A DNA stretch of 64,000 nucleotides from contig OX597819.1 of assembly GCA_951406725.2 (NCBI GenBank), positions 118,916,001 through 118,980,000 of the forward strand, in the 5' to 3' direction. A model generated the notes under the pieces. That model ran no database searches. It saw nothing but the letters and a program-made list of their open reading frames with translations, and was not told the origin of the DNA. The position numbers and the translations under genes were made by a program. Origin of the DNA: Octopus vulgaris (lineage: Eukaryota). Positions 29,872 through 43,659 of the stretch are shown here, piece by piece (within the stretch, counting starts at the first letter, position 1; each line of letters opens with the position of its first letter).

Positions 29872-30002
29872 TATGTATATATAAGTTTATATTTATCAAA
29901 CTAAAAACAGGATGCAAAGGATTTAGCACTACATATGTTTCAGAATTTATTGAACAATTTATATCAATGCATAATTGATATATATGTATATATGCATATA
30001 TA

Positions 30003-30066
<64 letters not shown>

Positions 30067-30130
30067 TACATATACACACACACATATTATATATGTATGT
30101 ACATATATATATGTGTGTGTATGTATGAGT

Positions 30131-30173
<43 letters not shown>

Positions 30174-30200
30174 CGTGTGTTTGTGTGTGTATGTGTGTAT

Positions 30201-30552
30201 ATCTCATTCTCATTCTCGCCCACAACATCATAAGCGGAATGTGTAACCTCTGGAAAGAGCTGTTCTTCACTCCTGCTCCAGAGCGTCGGCTGTGGGGTCA
30301 TTCCGAAAAGCTCTACCTGCGACGATTTCATCTCAATCGAAGGAGAGGAGCTTTCTCCGTCCGGGTTGCGGATCCGTGGAACAAGCTGCCAGACGAGATG
30401 GTGAAGATGCCGACGACCGCTTTGTTCAAAGCCTCCCTGGACCTCAGGTGGCCTGAACTCTTTACATGAACACCACCCTGTACTTAACTCCATGTCCCCC
30501 TACATGGCCTTGCTATTTGCTTTTGAGCCAAATTAACTAACTAACTAACTAA
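30201..30552 (+). mobile_element. CR1-type LINE 3' fragment (ORF2 C-terminus, 3' UTR, (TAAC)n tail)
   Basis: [51 protein letters not shown] matches the CR1 RGH..KL...FS.RV...WN.LP....FK..LD C-terminus. Confidence 0.9.
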
Positions 30553-31744
30553 CATATATATAAATATATGTACAATTATTTTTTTCAGAATGAGATAAAA
30601 ATCCAACGGTATTAAGATTTTAGAACATATATAAATAGGTCTTTCAGCTGATTACAGGAGATTTTTTATATCACTTCATCAAAGACGGTGTGAGAAAATG
30701 GTTAAGCAATAATTAATTTAGATAAGATGCGAAATAGAGAGTAAGTGGAAGAATGAATATAGACGTGAGATATGCAGAGATATTGCATTTGTAGATCCAT
30801 TATTCAGGCAGAATTGTATGCATATAAGATTCCAATATATTGTGAATAAAATTCAGTAGTATCTAAAATAGGTAATTCCAAGTATAGAGTTTGTACACAG
30901 TGCTATTGAATCAAGGGCTTTATTGAAAGTGACCTAAAAGTATGGAATGGATATGTAAGGTCAAATCGAAAACAGAAAGAGGGAAATAAAGAAAAGAAAG
31001 AAAAAAAACAAAAAAAAAACAAAAACAAGGACAGAGATGATAAGGCAGTGTACAAGATAGTTGTCAGTTAAGATAATTTGAATGTAGGAATGGGGAGATG
31101 ATGGTGATAGAGCGAGAAATGTATTAGAGTGTAAAAAGATACAAGAAATGGGGGTGATAAAGAGAGAGAGAGCGTATAATAATGTAAAATGTAATGGAGT
31201 GTCAGTTATATAGTGAAAGAGTCTAAGTGATGGGGCATAGAGAGGAGTAAAAGTATGGAATGAAGAATTTAGTAATATAGATTAGTTGGTTGGACACGTC
31301 AGTGCTTGGTAGTAGAGGAAAATATATATGTGAAGATGTATATATATGTATATATTAGACATGTGTATATGTATTTATACAGATGTTTATACATATCAAT
31401 ATCTGCATATACAACTCGTACTCATGTGTATATGTACACATGCAGACCCATATATACGTATATCTGAACGTATTATCACCCCTGTATACGCAGGTATACA
31501 TACCCTGCATACCTATATACATTCACGCATACAAACATACATACACGCATACACACACATATATATACAAGCGCATATGCATGTACGCATATACACACGA
31601 ATATAATTAGATGGTTGTGATACTCGAGTAAGAGCGAGGAATTAGATAGGGATTAAGAATTAATATGTAGAATTATGAGGTTATTGGTATTACCTACAGG
31701 GTATTGTGGAAATATACTATATGGTCGTTTAAGCATTTGGATTC

Positions 31745-32172
31745 GTGGTAGAATTTGAATGCGTGAAAAAAAGCGGTGGTTGCATATGCTTAGTGCCTCA
31801 TTATGTTTATTTAGCAATGCTGGAGAGTTGTGCTTTAATATGTGAAGTGCCTCCTTCAGGCAAGATTTGCAGGTTGAGCGTTGACCTCGGTAGGGAAGCC
31901 ATTACTCCAGTATGGACTATGATAGAGTATAAGGTATATTTGTATTTTTGAGATGATACATGTGATTGGCGAGTGTTGTAGATTTACTGATTTTATCACA
32001 TCTAAATGAATGGAGGTGAGCGGCATATATTTGCTTAAAACTTTTGGTTGATCATATTTATATGACTTTAGAGTTGTGTAATAGTCCAAGGATACTGCAT
32101 TTGTAAATTGCATTTATCTTCTGCAATCGGTTTGCAACGGGCAGATGTTTCCAGGACAGCAATTACAATTAG
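31745..32172 (-). pseudogene. Penelope/Neptune-type GIY-YIG endonuclease remnant
   Basis: manual translation with frameshifts: NCNCCPGNICPLQTDC..NAIYKCS..KVI*I*ST (decayed YIG) KSFKQIYAAHLHSFR..STTLANH..SILE..PYRG..CKSCLKEA..LLNKHNE..CNH. Confidence 0.8.
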
Positions 32173-32302
32173 GTGAATTTTGGGACCGTATTCAGGAATA
32201 GAGGAGATAATATCGTCAGAGGAGAAGTTAGAAAAGTGGGTAGAAGATTCTATATTATTCTTATTATATACATATAGGTTATGAGTATAGTATTATATAT
32301 AT

Positions 32303-32422
32303 ATCACGTGATCACGTGACCTACCAGACCATCATATGTTGTTACACATCGCTGGTCACAATGCGTTCGCATTGTTTTAGCCTTCGAATGACGCCACCCT
32401 GCTGGCTAAGTGAGCAGGCCAA
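32303..32422. mobile_element. short dispersed repeat (probable SINE tail) inserted in the PLE
   Basis: CTGGTCACAATGCGTT..GCATTGTTTTAGC..GTGAGCAGGCCAA recurs at 55790-55912; TATAGGTTATGAG occurs on both sides. Confidence 0.7.
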
Positions 32423-32666
32423 TATCTATATATATATATATATATATATATAGGTTATGAGAGGTAATGGTGTCAAGGATACCCAAATGTGTCAGGTAAT
32501 GCTTTTAACTGCTCTGAACAGATTATAGTTAAGCTCTAGGTTCGGTGATTTGGCGAAAGACGAGTCTCACGTAGGTCATATATCAGCATGTGTATACATA
32601 AAAAATTAACAGAATGACATAAAAATCCAAGGCTGTGAAAGATTTCAGAACATTTATAAATAGACT

Positions 32667-32714
32667 GTCTTACAGCTGTTTCCGGGATATTTTATATATC
32701 CCTTCATCGGAGAT
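32667..32714 (-). ncRNA. minimal type I hammerhead ribozyme (PLE type)
   Basis: minus strand: aUCU-CCGAUGA-A-GGGAUAU(auaaa)AUAUCCC-G-GAAA-CAGCUG-UA-AGAc; palindromic stem III ACAGCUGU, GUA site, U4C core variant. Confidence 0.7.
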
Positions 32715-33800
32715 GGTGTTAGATTGTCTGCGTGTGTGTCTGCGCATGTGTGTGTGTGTGTGTATATGTGTGACTGTCTGTGTCTGTATTTGTGTGAATA
32801 TATGCGTAAATATATTTAAGCAAATGTAGACAAACTTATACGAGTTTCATATGTGAGGATTTGCAAACATGAATGTGTGTAGGTGTATGTGCTAGATTGT
32901 ATGGTTATTAGGTTGCCATTTATACAACATTAGTTTTATCAGAATATACTAATATTTAATACATCATATTGCTTTTCCATAATAAATGCAACTATGAAAG
33001 AGAAACATAGTTATGATATTCTATTTAATGTTTGCTTTAGTAAGATAAGTCATCACGTGTATATATAATATCTCTTATTTTTCTGTGAAGTATCAAAACT
33101 GATAAATTGTATAAAAACTAATATAGCCATAAACCCGAACTCAGTAATTACGTAAGAATCCATCTAACCGTTTATACTTATATACTTATATTTTTATTTA
33201 TACATACATATATGCACGTGTGTCTCTGTGCGTGTGTGTGTGTATGTATTTATCTATTGTATGTATACGCCTGCCTGCACATATGTGAGTATAACCACAT
33301 ATACATGCACACATACAGAGACACACACTCGTATGAAATTAATATGATTGCATTATATTTATAATTATATTTGACTTCTTTATTTGATATTTGTTTCCGT
33401 TGTAGTATCATGTCTACCATTTATCGATATCGAATAATATCTATATGCTGCTATACATGGTCTAATTTGTAAATATAACGTCCGTCCTCTGTATTGGCGG
33501 AAGTGAATATACTGATAACGATTTGAAATGAATCATTTTGTAACTTTTGCTAATTGCAATATTATTAAGTCTAACCTGAGAGATAAAACATAGCAACACT
33601 TTTCCTCGATTCATATCCATGAACATTTACCTTGGTGATATACATACCATACAATTAGGTAAACAAGGTAGAGTCAGTTATGTGGTATACGCACATCTAG
33701 AAAATTATGTAATATACGTTACGCAAATTTCAACTCATGTGACTACCACATCAAGAAACGAGCAGCGACATGCTTATTGCTCAAAAGATCTTTTAATAAA

Positions 33801-33957
33801 TAGGCGTAGGAGTGGGTGTGTGGTACGTAGCTTGCTTAAGAACCTCATGGCAAAGTGGGCAAGTGTCTTCTGCTATAACCTCGGGCAGACCAAAGACTTG
33901 TGAGTTGATTTGGTAGACGGAAACTGAAAGAATCACGTCGTATGTATATATGGATAG

Positions 33958-33991
<34 letters not shown>

Positions 33992-34215
33992 ATATATGTC
34001 TATATGTTTGAGCGTCTGTGTTTGTCCCCCCATTATCACTTGACAACCGATGCTAGTGTGCTTACGTCCCCGTATCTTAGCGTTTCGGCAACAGAGACTG
34101 AGAGAATAAGTACTAGGCTTACAAACAATAAGTTCTGGTGTCGATTTGCTCGACTAAAGGAGTTGCTCCAGCATGGCCACAGATAAATGACTGAAACAAG
34201 TAAAAGAGTAAGAGT
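33801..34215 (+). mobile_element. SINE family A
   Basis: head-to-tail match with a small deletion in the head. Confidence 0.9.
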
Positions 34216-35602
34216 AAATTATATATTTTATTAGGTTTCCTGACATTGAAGCGATGTGAAATCGTTGGGACAAAAAACCGTCAAGTTCGAGGATGGATGG
34301 TGGAAAGATTTTGTAAATTATAGAATAGCTAAAGGGCAAATCTATTCTAAATATGCCATTAAACTTAGCGATAACACTCGTAAAAACCTGTTGTAGGAAA
34401 TGAAGATGGATTGTGCCAATCTACCAGCAGAGAGATAGCGTCAATCTTGATATTTGATCCAAAGAAAATATATCTGAAAATATTTTTCGGACGTTGTACC
34501 AAACATGAGATAAAGAAAGAAAATCTGATATATTGTTTAGTACATCAAAGCATTGACATCATGAATCAATTCGAGCTTAACTTATTCATTTGCTTAATCT
34601 TGATGAAAGTAATCTCATTATATAATCCGAAACTAAGAAAATGTTAGCACTAATTAAAGAAAATCCGTAAATTATTATTCAAGGAAAATACTTGAGCAAA
34701 ACTGTAGACAATAACAAATATATCTACAAAACTTAAGAGAGTGGGGAATAGGAGAGGAGGGAACAAGGGAAAGAAAATACTGTGGAGAAATAGCCATAAT
34801 CACAGTGCAAACGATCGTAACCTGGCTTGTAACATGAAGCGCTTTCTTCACAACAGTTACTTCATTGTCTATGGTTAAGACATTTACAATTCGTTAAAAT
34901 CTTATAATTTTTTTTTAACATTTCCATGATTCGTGACATTTACAATGCTCGGATATTTTCCTTCATTATTCGTAAAAACGCTATTGTTTATGTTTTTAAT
35001 TTGGGCCTCAGCGATATCTTCTTGCGCCAATTTGCATAATAAAATCGAACAGATTTTGTGTGAAATACTGGCTTCAATACTTTTAATACCCCGAAAGATT
35101 CTACTACCTTCTTCGAACAGCTGGGACGTCATCCAAGATCTATCAATCGATGCCGTTAAAGGCGTAAAAAAGATTGCAATATGTTGATTTATAAGTACAA
35201 AGAAAAAGAAAGAACTTTCGGGCAGTCGTGGGCTAAAATGTGGTTAGAAAAGGGTCAAAGACGTGCGTCAATGCCAAGACTAATATTCAAATTTACGGAT
35301 GAGTATTCCAGCTGAAACAATATTGGACCTACGGATAACTGATTCAGAATGTTTATTTCTTTATTCCTGACTTCAAAAATATTCTTTGTTCGCATTTTAT
35401 GAAAAGCTGCACCACCTTGGGTCAGTGTACTACTTCCGATTTCCCAGAGGTTTCCTTCTCAAATGTTTCCTTGTCAAACACTGTCACGTTGAGCACAAAT
35501 GTTAGGGGAATGATGAGGGAGATATAAATTATTGATTTAGCAGATATTATATATAAACTATTAATAAATCTCCAAACGAGATATAAACAGTAACCGCTCG
35601 AC

Positions 35603-35879
35603 AACGTAAAGTGTACTAGCCATCTGAATGTGGCTAGCCACTGGGGGTGGGGTGTTTCTGACGCTTTTAGCCCCAGGAGATCAACGTCACCAGCTGGCCT
35701 TAGACACGTAATTTCGCAGTGCTCTTGTGTTACACAATTTCAGTGCACTTGTGTTACACAAGGGCACTGAAATTGTGTGTAAGGCCAGCTGGTGACGTTG
35801 ATCTCCTGGGGCTAAAAGCGTCAGTAACACCCCACACCTAGTGGCTAGCCACATTCAGATGTCTAGTACAATTTACGTT
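35603..35879. repeat. GC-rich palindrome with arms of about 105 bp
   Basis: CTGACGCTTTTAGCCCCAGGAGATCAACGTCACCAGCTGGCCTTA is exactly inverted at about 35779-35824; the arms extend to AACGTAAA/TTTACGTT. Confidence 0.92.
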
Positions 35880-36070
35880 ATATATAAACTATTGTATACA
35901 TATCATCGGCACGGGCAGAGAGCCATTTTAATCATTTATATAGATAAATACGCCTACTGTACACACACGTCACGACGAAAGAATTCTTCACACACGCACA
36001 CATACACACAGGTGTGTGTGTGTGTGGATTTATATACATATATAGATGCATGTATGTATAGGTGTATTTA

Positions 36071-36119
<49 letters not shown>

Positions 36120-36147
36120 ACGTGTGTACATATATATATATGTATGT

Positions 36148-36187
<40 letters not shown>

Positions 36188-36191
<4 letters not shown>

Positions 36192-36565
36192 TTTATTCTT
36201 TTAATGGTGTCAGTCATTTGACCTAAGCCATCCTGGAACACCACTTTTAGTCGAACAAATGGACACCAGTATTTATTATTTGTAAGCCTAGTATTTATTC
36301 TCTCGAGGCTCTTGTGCCGAACCACTAAGTTACTGGGACGCAAGCACACTAGCATCGGTTGTCAAACGATGGTGGGAAATACAAACACAGATACACAAAC
36401 ACATACAGATAAATACATATTTCAGTTTCCGTCTACCAAATATGTTCAGAAAGCTTTGGTCGACCCGAGGCTATTTTACAACACACTTGCCAAAGGTGCC
36501 TCGCATTGGGAGTGTACCCGGAACTATGTGGTTAGTAAGCAAGCTACTCACCACACGGCCACTCG
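36188..36565 (-). mobile_element. SINE family A
   Basis: reverse-complement match. Confidence 0.88.
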
Positions 36566-36566
36566 T

Positions 36567-37225
36567 AAAGGAATTACAAATGTCACATATGTCACTAAAT
36601 GTAACTACGGCATTAAGAAACACAAACTTTGCATCAAGTAAGAGCTAAACCGCTTCGCCATTAGTATTTATGTTTTTGCCTCTATATTAAGAATTCTCGT
36701 TTGGCACTTTCGGACGATTATAGTCCCTGTTCATTCATGTGCGTTGACTACAGCATTAATGCGGTTTAGCTCTTATTTCTAGCAATATTAGGTGTTTCTT
36801 AACACCTTGGTCATATTTAGTTACATTTGTAATTCTACCTTTTTATGAATTATTGCAAACTGTTGTTGATATTAATTTTATAAATACACATTAGCCAATC
36901 ACTAAATCATCCAACTATTCGGATTACGCAAGCATTAATACTAATAGCGAATCCACAAGTAGTTGACAATAGAGCGGCCTTATCTGATGAGACAGCGGAA
37001 ATTGCGGAAACTGGCACCTCAATATTAAGAATTTTCGTTCCGCTCTTTTCGCACGCATATAGTTTCTATTAGTGTATATGTTTTCATTCATGTGCGTTAA
37101 CTAAAACATTAGAGCGGCTTAGCTCTTATATCTAGTAGTTTGGTTGTTTTCCTAAAACCCTACTCGCATTTAGTGACATTTGTCATTCTCCCTTTTAGTG
37201 AAACATTGCAAACTGATGTTTATAA
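36567..37225. mobile_element. inverted plus tandem repeat block, probable PLE pseudo-LTR remnant
   Basis: 36570-36652 is inverted against 36760-36840; 36683-36870 is repeated at 37020-37220; CTGATGAG...GAAAC at 36984-37011. Confidence 0.55.
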
Positions 37226-38865
37226 ATAGAGGTGTAAGTATCTACGTGTGTTTTTCAAGCAGCCGATGACGGAACCCATTTATAGTTCCGAACCAAATTT
37301 CGACTTATTAATTAAAATTGTCTTCACATACCACCTTAATATAAGTAAGGAAGGACACATTATATATTCCTCCACGTGTACGAGGGGTGGTGTATTTATG
37401 AGAAACACAAAATTCTGAATATAACATAGAAGTAAATGACTCTTTATTCGGATGGTTTGCAAATAATATTTTTCTCTATGCTTATATTTGTTCACCGTTC
37501 CTTTAACTAATAGTGTATAATGATTATAAAACGGAAAATTATAAAATTGTTCTAGGATTTTATATAAGGTGAAAACATTTACTTCGTAAATATAATTCAT
37601 GGTTCAAGAAGCAAATGCTTTTCATATTTGACTGTTATATTTCTTAATTTTATTATTCAAATTGAATATTGTGCAAGAGATTGCAGAAAACCGTTTTCGA
37701 TACGATGATGTTAATCTTAATTCCTCCATAATCATCATTTTGCAGCAGAAATTTTCGAATTAATTTCACCACATGACACTGCCTAATGGAGAAATAAATG
37801 TAGCAATTTGTTATTGTCCTTTTTTGTATCATTACTGTAAAAACCATCCATCATAACCGATATTTATCGACAATAACACATCATAACACAAATAATTGTA
37901 TCTTCTTTCTCTTCATGTCTTCATAGGTGATTTAGTTTTCCAATACGTCACATTTATATGACATAACAAACAATTGACTTGCATTATAAAAAAAACAAAG
38001 ATGCTGTTTTTGTTCCTTTGTATTTCATTCATATCGTTCTTAGATTATGTATCACTTATACAGAAGAAAAGAAAAACGAAATGTTAAATTTTTAATGTTT
38101 CTTATATCCGCAGAACACTTTTTATTCAAACCATGAGCACTTCAAGTAAAATCTATTTTTGTTTTCTCTTCAGATAATAAACTCTGATCCACTGTCTGAA
38201 AACAATTGATGACAGTTTCACACTTATGTATCAAAAGATATTCAATCAATATTCCATCTCGCGCTTGATTTGATAACAAAACCATATAGTAAACAATAGA
38301 AAAAGAGAAGCTGCAAGAAAATAAGCCAGCAACGTAAGATACAATGCTTATCACTTGTGTCTTTCACGTCGAATAGAATCTTTTGTATAACTTTCTGAAG
38401 TTTTCCCTGATTTTTCAATATCTTTTTTTTCGATTATGTTTCCGTCGAGATATTGAGGCCGCGAGAAAATCCGGAAACATCAATATTAGAGAAGAGATGA
38501 CATTGATTTTGTAATAATTATGCATAAATATATGCATGCATTCATACAATCAAAAATACATACACACACACACAAACACACAGAGAGGCAAAAACACAGA
38601 CATATTTATACGTACGTACATATATACATACATATATATATATGTGTGTGTGTGTGGGTGTGTGTGTGTGTACGTATGTATAAATAGCGGATCTATTTCT
38701 AGCATAAGGGTGTCCACATAGTGGTTTCCCTCTAATATGTATTTAATACAATTTTACCGAACCTTCAGTTTTTTTATATGCTAGACCACTGGTGTGAAAT
38801 CGATGTTAATTAAATTGATATCTAATTTCTCACCCTCATTTTAAATTACTATACCTATTTATCTA

Positions 38866-38989
<124 letters not shown>

Positions 38990-39022
38990 TACATATATAT
39001 ACATTCACACAGGGACACATGA

Positions 39023-39070
<48 letters not shown>

Positions 39071-39214
39071 GGAATATATACACAAACTATAGGAGTGAAG
39101 TTTGAGTACACAACTTGTACCGTCTTGCCCAAGCAACGGCGCTTCAGATAAAAAAAAATGAGATTTTGGTGCAAATAGTTCCAGATTTGGTCTTGACAGA
39201 GGATTTTGTACTTG

Positions 39215-40250
39215 TAGCACACACTAGGGAGGACATGCGATGAATTCTTAATAACTTTTCGTGTTCATCGAAAGCATTCGGCCTGACGATCAGCATCAAG
39301 AGAACTGAGCTTTTCCATCATCCGACTCGTGGCCATTTTCCCGCTGTTGCCCCTTCTCTATATGTTGATGGGAAAGTATTAAAAACTGAATGCTCCTTCA
39401 CTTATCTCGGTTCCATTGTATCCAATGATGCTAGACGGATAAAGAAATCCAGTCCAGAATCGGAGAGGCTAGCTCTGTTTTCGGTAGGCTTTATCACAGG
39501 CTTCGTAACAGCCATGCCGTATCTTTGATGGTGAACGGCAAAGTATATAAGTCGGAGGTATTGATAACATTGCTTTATGGTGCCGAATCTTGGACTCTGT
39601 ACCGAAACCACATCAATTGGCTGCACACTTTACACATGCAATGATTGCGTACTATCTCCAGCATAAAACCGATCGATCATATTCATAACAGTGAGGCGCT
39701 AACGAAATGCTACATATCAGGTATTAAATCTATCCCTATCCAAATATACAGCTCAGATGTTTAGGCCATCTCTCACGAATAGCTGATAAATGAATTCCAA
39801 AACAACTCCTCTTTGGATTATTTCCAACAGGAAGATCAGTTTGTGGGCCAATCATGTGCTTCAAAGACAAACTAAAAGATAATCTGAAACGATGCAACAT
39901 TCCCTTTTCTTATTGGAAAAGCGCAGCATTAGAACGCAGTACCTCGTGAGGGCCCTTTTTCTCCTCAGTTCAAGTATTTGGACAAAGTCGTATCCAAAAT
40001 TGGGAGCATCATCACGCAAGCATGAATGTATGCTAGCAAATCGCTGCGCCTCTGAATGGAAACATCACCTATTATAGTAGTTTTTTTGCACAAAGCAAAG
40101 CAAGTTTCACCGTCCACTCCAGATAACCTATAGTAAACAATCTAGAAGTACTCGAGAAAATTGAGTCCTCAACTTGCTCTCTTTGCTAAAAGGGTTTACA
40201 AAGCACCATCAGGCCTCAAGAGACACATTCGTGTTCATAGAACATGATTA
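39215..40250 (+). mobile_element. RTE-clade LINE 3' portion, decayed
   Basis: VAHTREDM..FGLTISIKRTE, FTYLGSIVSNDA..DKEIQSRIG, LLYGAESWTLYR, LRCLGHLSR, IPKQLLFG, FKDKLKDNLKRCNI. Confidence 0.9.
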
Positions 40251-40369
40251 ACGCTTTATTTTACTGAAGCTTCATTTGACGTTCATGGCAAAAAATCCAT
40301 CATATGTATATCCAATGAAACTACAGACATGTAATTACAGGTGTGTCGTTGGCGATATTTTGCTTTTCC

Positions 40370-40560
40370 TTTAGAAGTTTCTCTTTCTTCTTTCCGACGA
40401 AGAGCTATGCTCGAAACGTTAATCTCTCTTTCGTTTCACCGAGCGTCAAGATAATATATTTCTTGTGCACGTCTTCATGTTTATTTATTTTTCCTTTTCT
40501 ATTCTCCATCACTTCTTTGCTTTCTATTCGTTTTTCGAATTCTTTGTTCACGTGAACTTT
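40370..40560 (+). mobile_element. Penelope-like pseudo-LTR remnant with hammerhead-like core
   Basis: CCGACGA-A-GAGC(TAT)GCTC-GAAA-CG-TT at 40394-40420; stem I reduced to about 2 bp. Confidence 0.5.
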
Positions 40561-42284
40561 TCAATATAGAAATTCAATTAGCAAACATTTGTGGTGCCTG
40601 ATTACAAAGTGATCAACTACTTAGTATGAGAAAATATCATTCGAATGTTTGTTAGAATACCTTGAAACCCATAAGTCGGCGACGTACTCTTTTATTCCTT
40701 GAATATATGGCTTCTTGACGTACACATTATGAATATCCCTACATAGTACACACATTTTTCCTGATCTTACAAAGTACACATATTTTTCTCCCAAAATATC
40801 TCACCAAAGGAAAATTCTATTTACTCTACACACAATATTATGTGCATTTTACCTCTGCTTAATAATTGCTTTGTCCTGTAGATTAAGATCAAGCAATCAT
40901 TATGAATTACGACGTCATTGTGATTGCTGAAGTCATTCAATATTTTCAAGCAGAAATAACACCATCTATATATACTGTATTCCAGATAGGTATATCTATC
41001 GCATTTGCGTGTCAGAAAACGGGGCACCGCTTACTCATATTTCCGTTTCTCAATGTCGGTTAACTATGGATGTTCTAGCATCACATCCAGTACAGCAGAG
41101 GTGTTCTTGCAAAATGTCTAACTACATTAACTAATTTGTCCACTCTTTCCAGCAGATCATTATTGCTATTAACATATCTTAAATGTTTGGTATACCTTCT
41201 GATAAAATTTCTATCCACAGAGCCATGGTATAGCTATTGCTCTGCATACAGAAACATGATAAATTCAACAGGCCTAGAGAAAACCTGAGTTCTAATACTG
41301 TTGCACGTAACACAACCCCGTTGGGAACTTGTAAGCTTATTACACATGATGAGTGACAATCTTTGGTTACTATGCGTCAGATCGTGTTCTATATTTCACT
41401 TCTCCATCGCAAACAACATGTTTTTCATATGGAAAGTAATCCTCGAAAAGGTATACAAAATCTGGTCTTTAAGGAATCAAATACTAAAGTGAAGAAGAGG
41501 AAGTTGAAGGAGATGAGAAGGAGGAAGGGGAGGATGAATAAGAAGGTAATTATGGTGATGTGGAGGATGGGGAAGAATAAATTGAAGATAGAAGGAAGAG
41601 GAGGCGGAGGAAGGGAAGAGGGAGGGAGGAGAAAAATCAATAACAAAATATACGTAGGCATCTGTTCAAATAACTAGCTTTACGTTTGAATTGATACTTT
41701 TTCAAAATGGAGACATCACTTGATTCGCACTGTTTTTCGTCTACTTCTGTGATATTAGTACTTTATTAGTACTATTAGATTAGAACTCCAGTCTTAGAAA
41801 ACAAATGTAGTCTTATTTCTTCACTGCTAATAGTTATATTCCTGTTGGGACCATATATGTTGTCTTATATTTTAGCAGAATAAATTGCTGTAAGGTGAGA
41901 ATAGTTTTGTACACTATTGACTTGATAGATCCGAGCAACTCGTAACAATATGTCAGAAATTTTGACGGTTACTAACATATATTTCCGCACGTATATCCCC
42001 ACAATACTGCAAATAGTAGACACGTATGAAGGATAGCAATCGCTCGTTTACTTAATAGGAAGAAAAAATATATAAGCAATATTTTATGTTATTAAAGCAC
42101 CGATATTTGTTGTGATTTATAACTGTAAAAAATATAATTGTTGAAGAAAGAAATCGCCCGTCAAAACATATGATTTTCAGACACTTTTGCATATATTATT
42201 TAGTATATAGTTTTTTTTTATGTAAGTATCAAATATTTAAAAGAAAAAATGTTTGTATAAATATAAAATAAAAGTAAGATATAC

Positions 42285-42682
42285 ATTTCTTTTATTGGTT
42301 TCAGTTATTTGACTGCGGCCATGCTGCAGCACCGCATTTTAGTCGAGCGAATCGACCCCAGGACTTATTCTTTGTAAGCCTAGTACTTATTATATCAATC
42401 TCTCTTGCCGAACCACTAAATGACGGGGATGTAAGCACACCAGCATCGGTTGTCAAGCGATATTTGGGGGACCAAACACACATAAACATATACACACACA
42501 CACACATATATACATGTATACGACGGGCTTCTTTCAGTTTCCGTCTACCAAATCCACTCAGAAGGCTTTGTTCGGTCCGATGCTATAGTAGAAGACACTT
42601 ACCTAAGATGCCATGCATTTGGACTGAACCCGGAACCATGTGGTTCTTAAGCAAACGACTTACCACACAGCCAGTCCTAAGC
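42285..42682 (-). mobile_element. SINE family A
   Basis: reverse-complement match. Confidence 0.92.
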
Positions 42683-43007
42683 CTTATATTTATTTATTCA
42701 ACGAAGCAGAATAAATATGATGCAGAGAGTAATGGAAAAAGTTAAGAGTAGAACAGATCTTGTTAGTGTTGCATTGCCTTCTTGTTAATATCGTGAATAA
42801 ACAATACGAATGTTTGCGTTAGATATGCAGAAATCATTTCATTACAGTAACATTGTGTGAAATAATGATGATATTTGTTTTCCTAATATACATTCTAACA
42901 TCTCTAAATTATCTCTCGCCATTGTAGAAAGAAAGAATAAAAGCAATACACGATTTGGTTAAAAATGTACAATGCCGGGGAAAATCCATATACAAATATT
43001 TAGAATG

Positions 43008-43312
<305 letters not shown>

Positions 43313-43659
43313 ATATTTTTTTTATTTGCAGCAAATTCAGTTATCTTGACAATAAAGTAAATTTTCATATTTCCTCCTGTCTCTATTTCTCTATATATTT
43401 GGTCACAAATTTAGCATAGAATAATTTTCCTCTTGCACATACTAAACATGGGCTTTCCATTAGTAATTATGCCACTCTAACTGATGGGAACAAGTTTAAA
43501 TCAGTTAGTTTCATACAATTTTTCTGACTGACTACTTCCTTGTAAGCATACAATCATAGAATACGCTCGATGCTAATTCATTTGGACTATGGAATAATTA
43601 TTTATCACTTACATATAGTTACATGAACATAGTGATTATAGAATTGAATGGAATTGTTT

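Larger units (their letters stand above)
30585..32720 (-). mobile_element. Penelope-like element remnant: direct terminal repeats with hammerheads around a GIY-YIG remnant
   Basis: 30585-30690 and 32608-32720 are diverged direct repeats; a decayed GIY-YIG frame lies between them. Confidence 0.75.

Noticed and set aside
34900-35340. Possible Harbinger-like remnant (SWAKMWLEK; also IERSVFAVK near 11600 on the minus strand)
   Set aside because: Motif similarity is too weak to support without a profile search
35640-35830. Hammerhead in the 35.6-kb palindrome (CTGGTGA...GAAAC)
   Set aside because: Core deviates from CUGANGA and no stem I, stem III or NUH site can be formed
40940-41300. Possible hAT transposase remnant on the minus strand
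   Set aside because: Only vague similarity and no diagnostic motif or TIR
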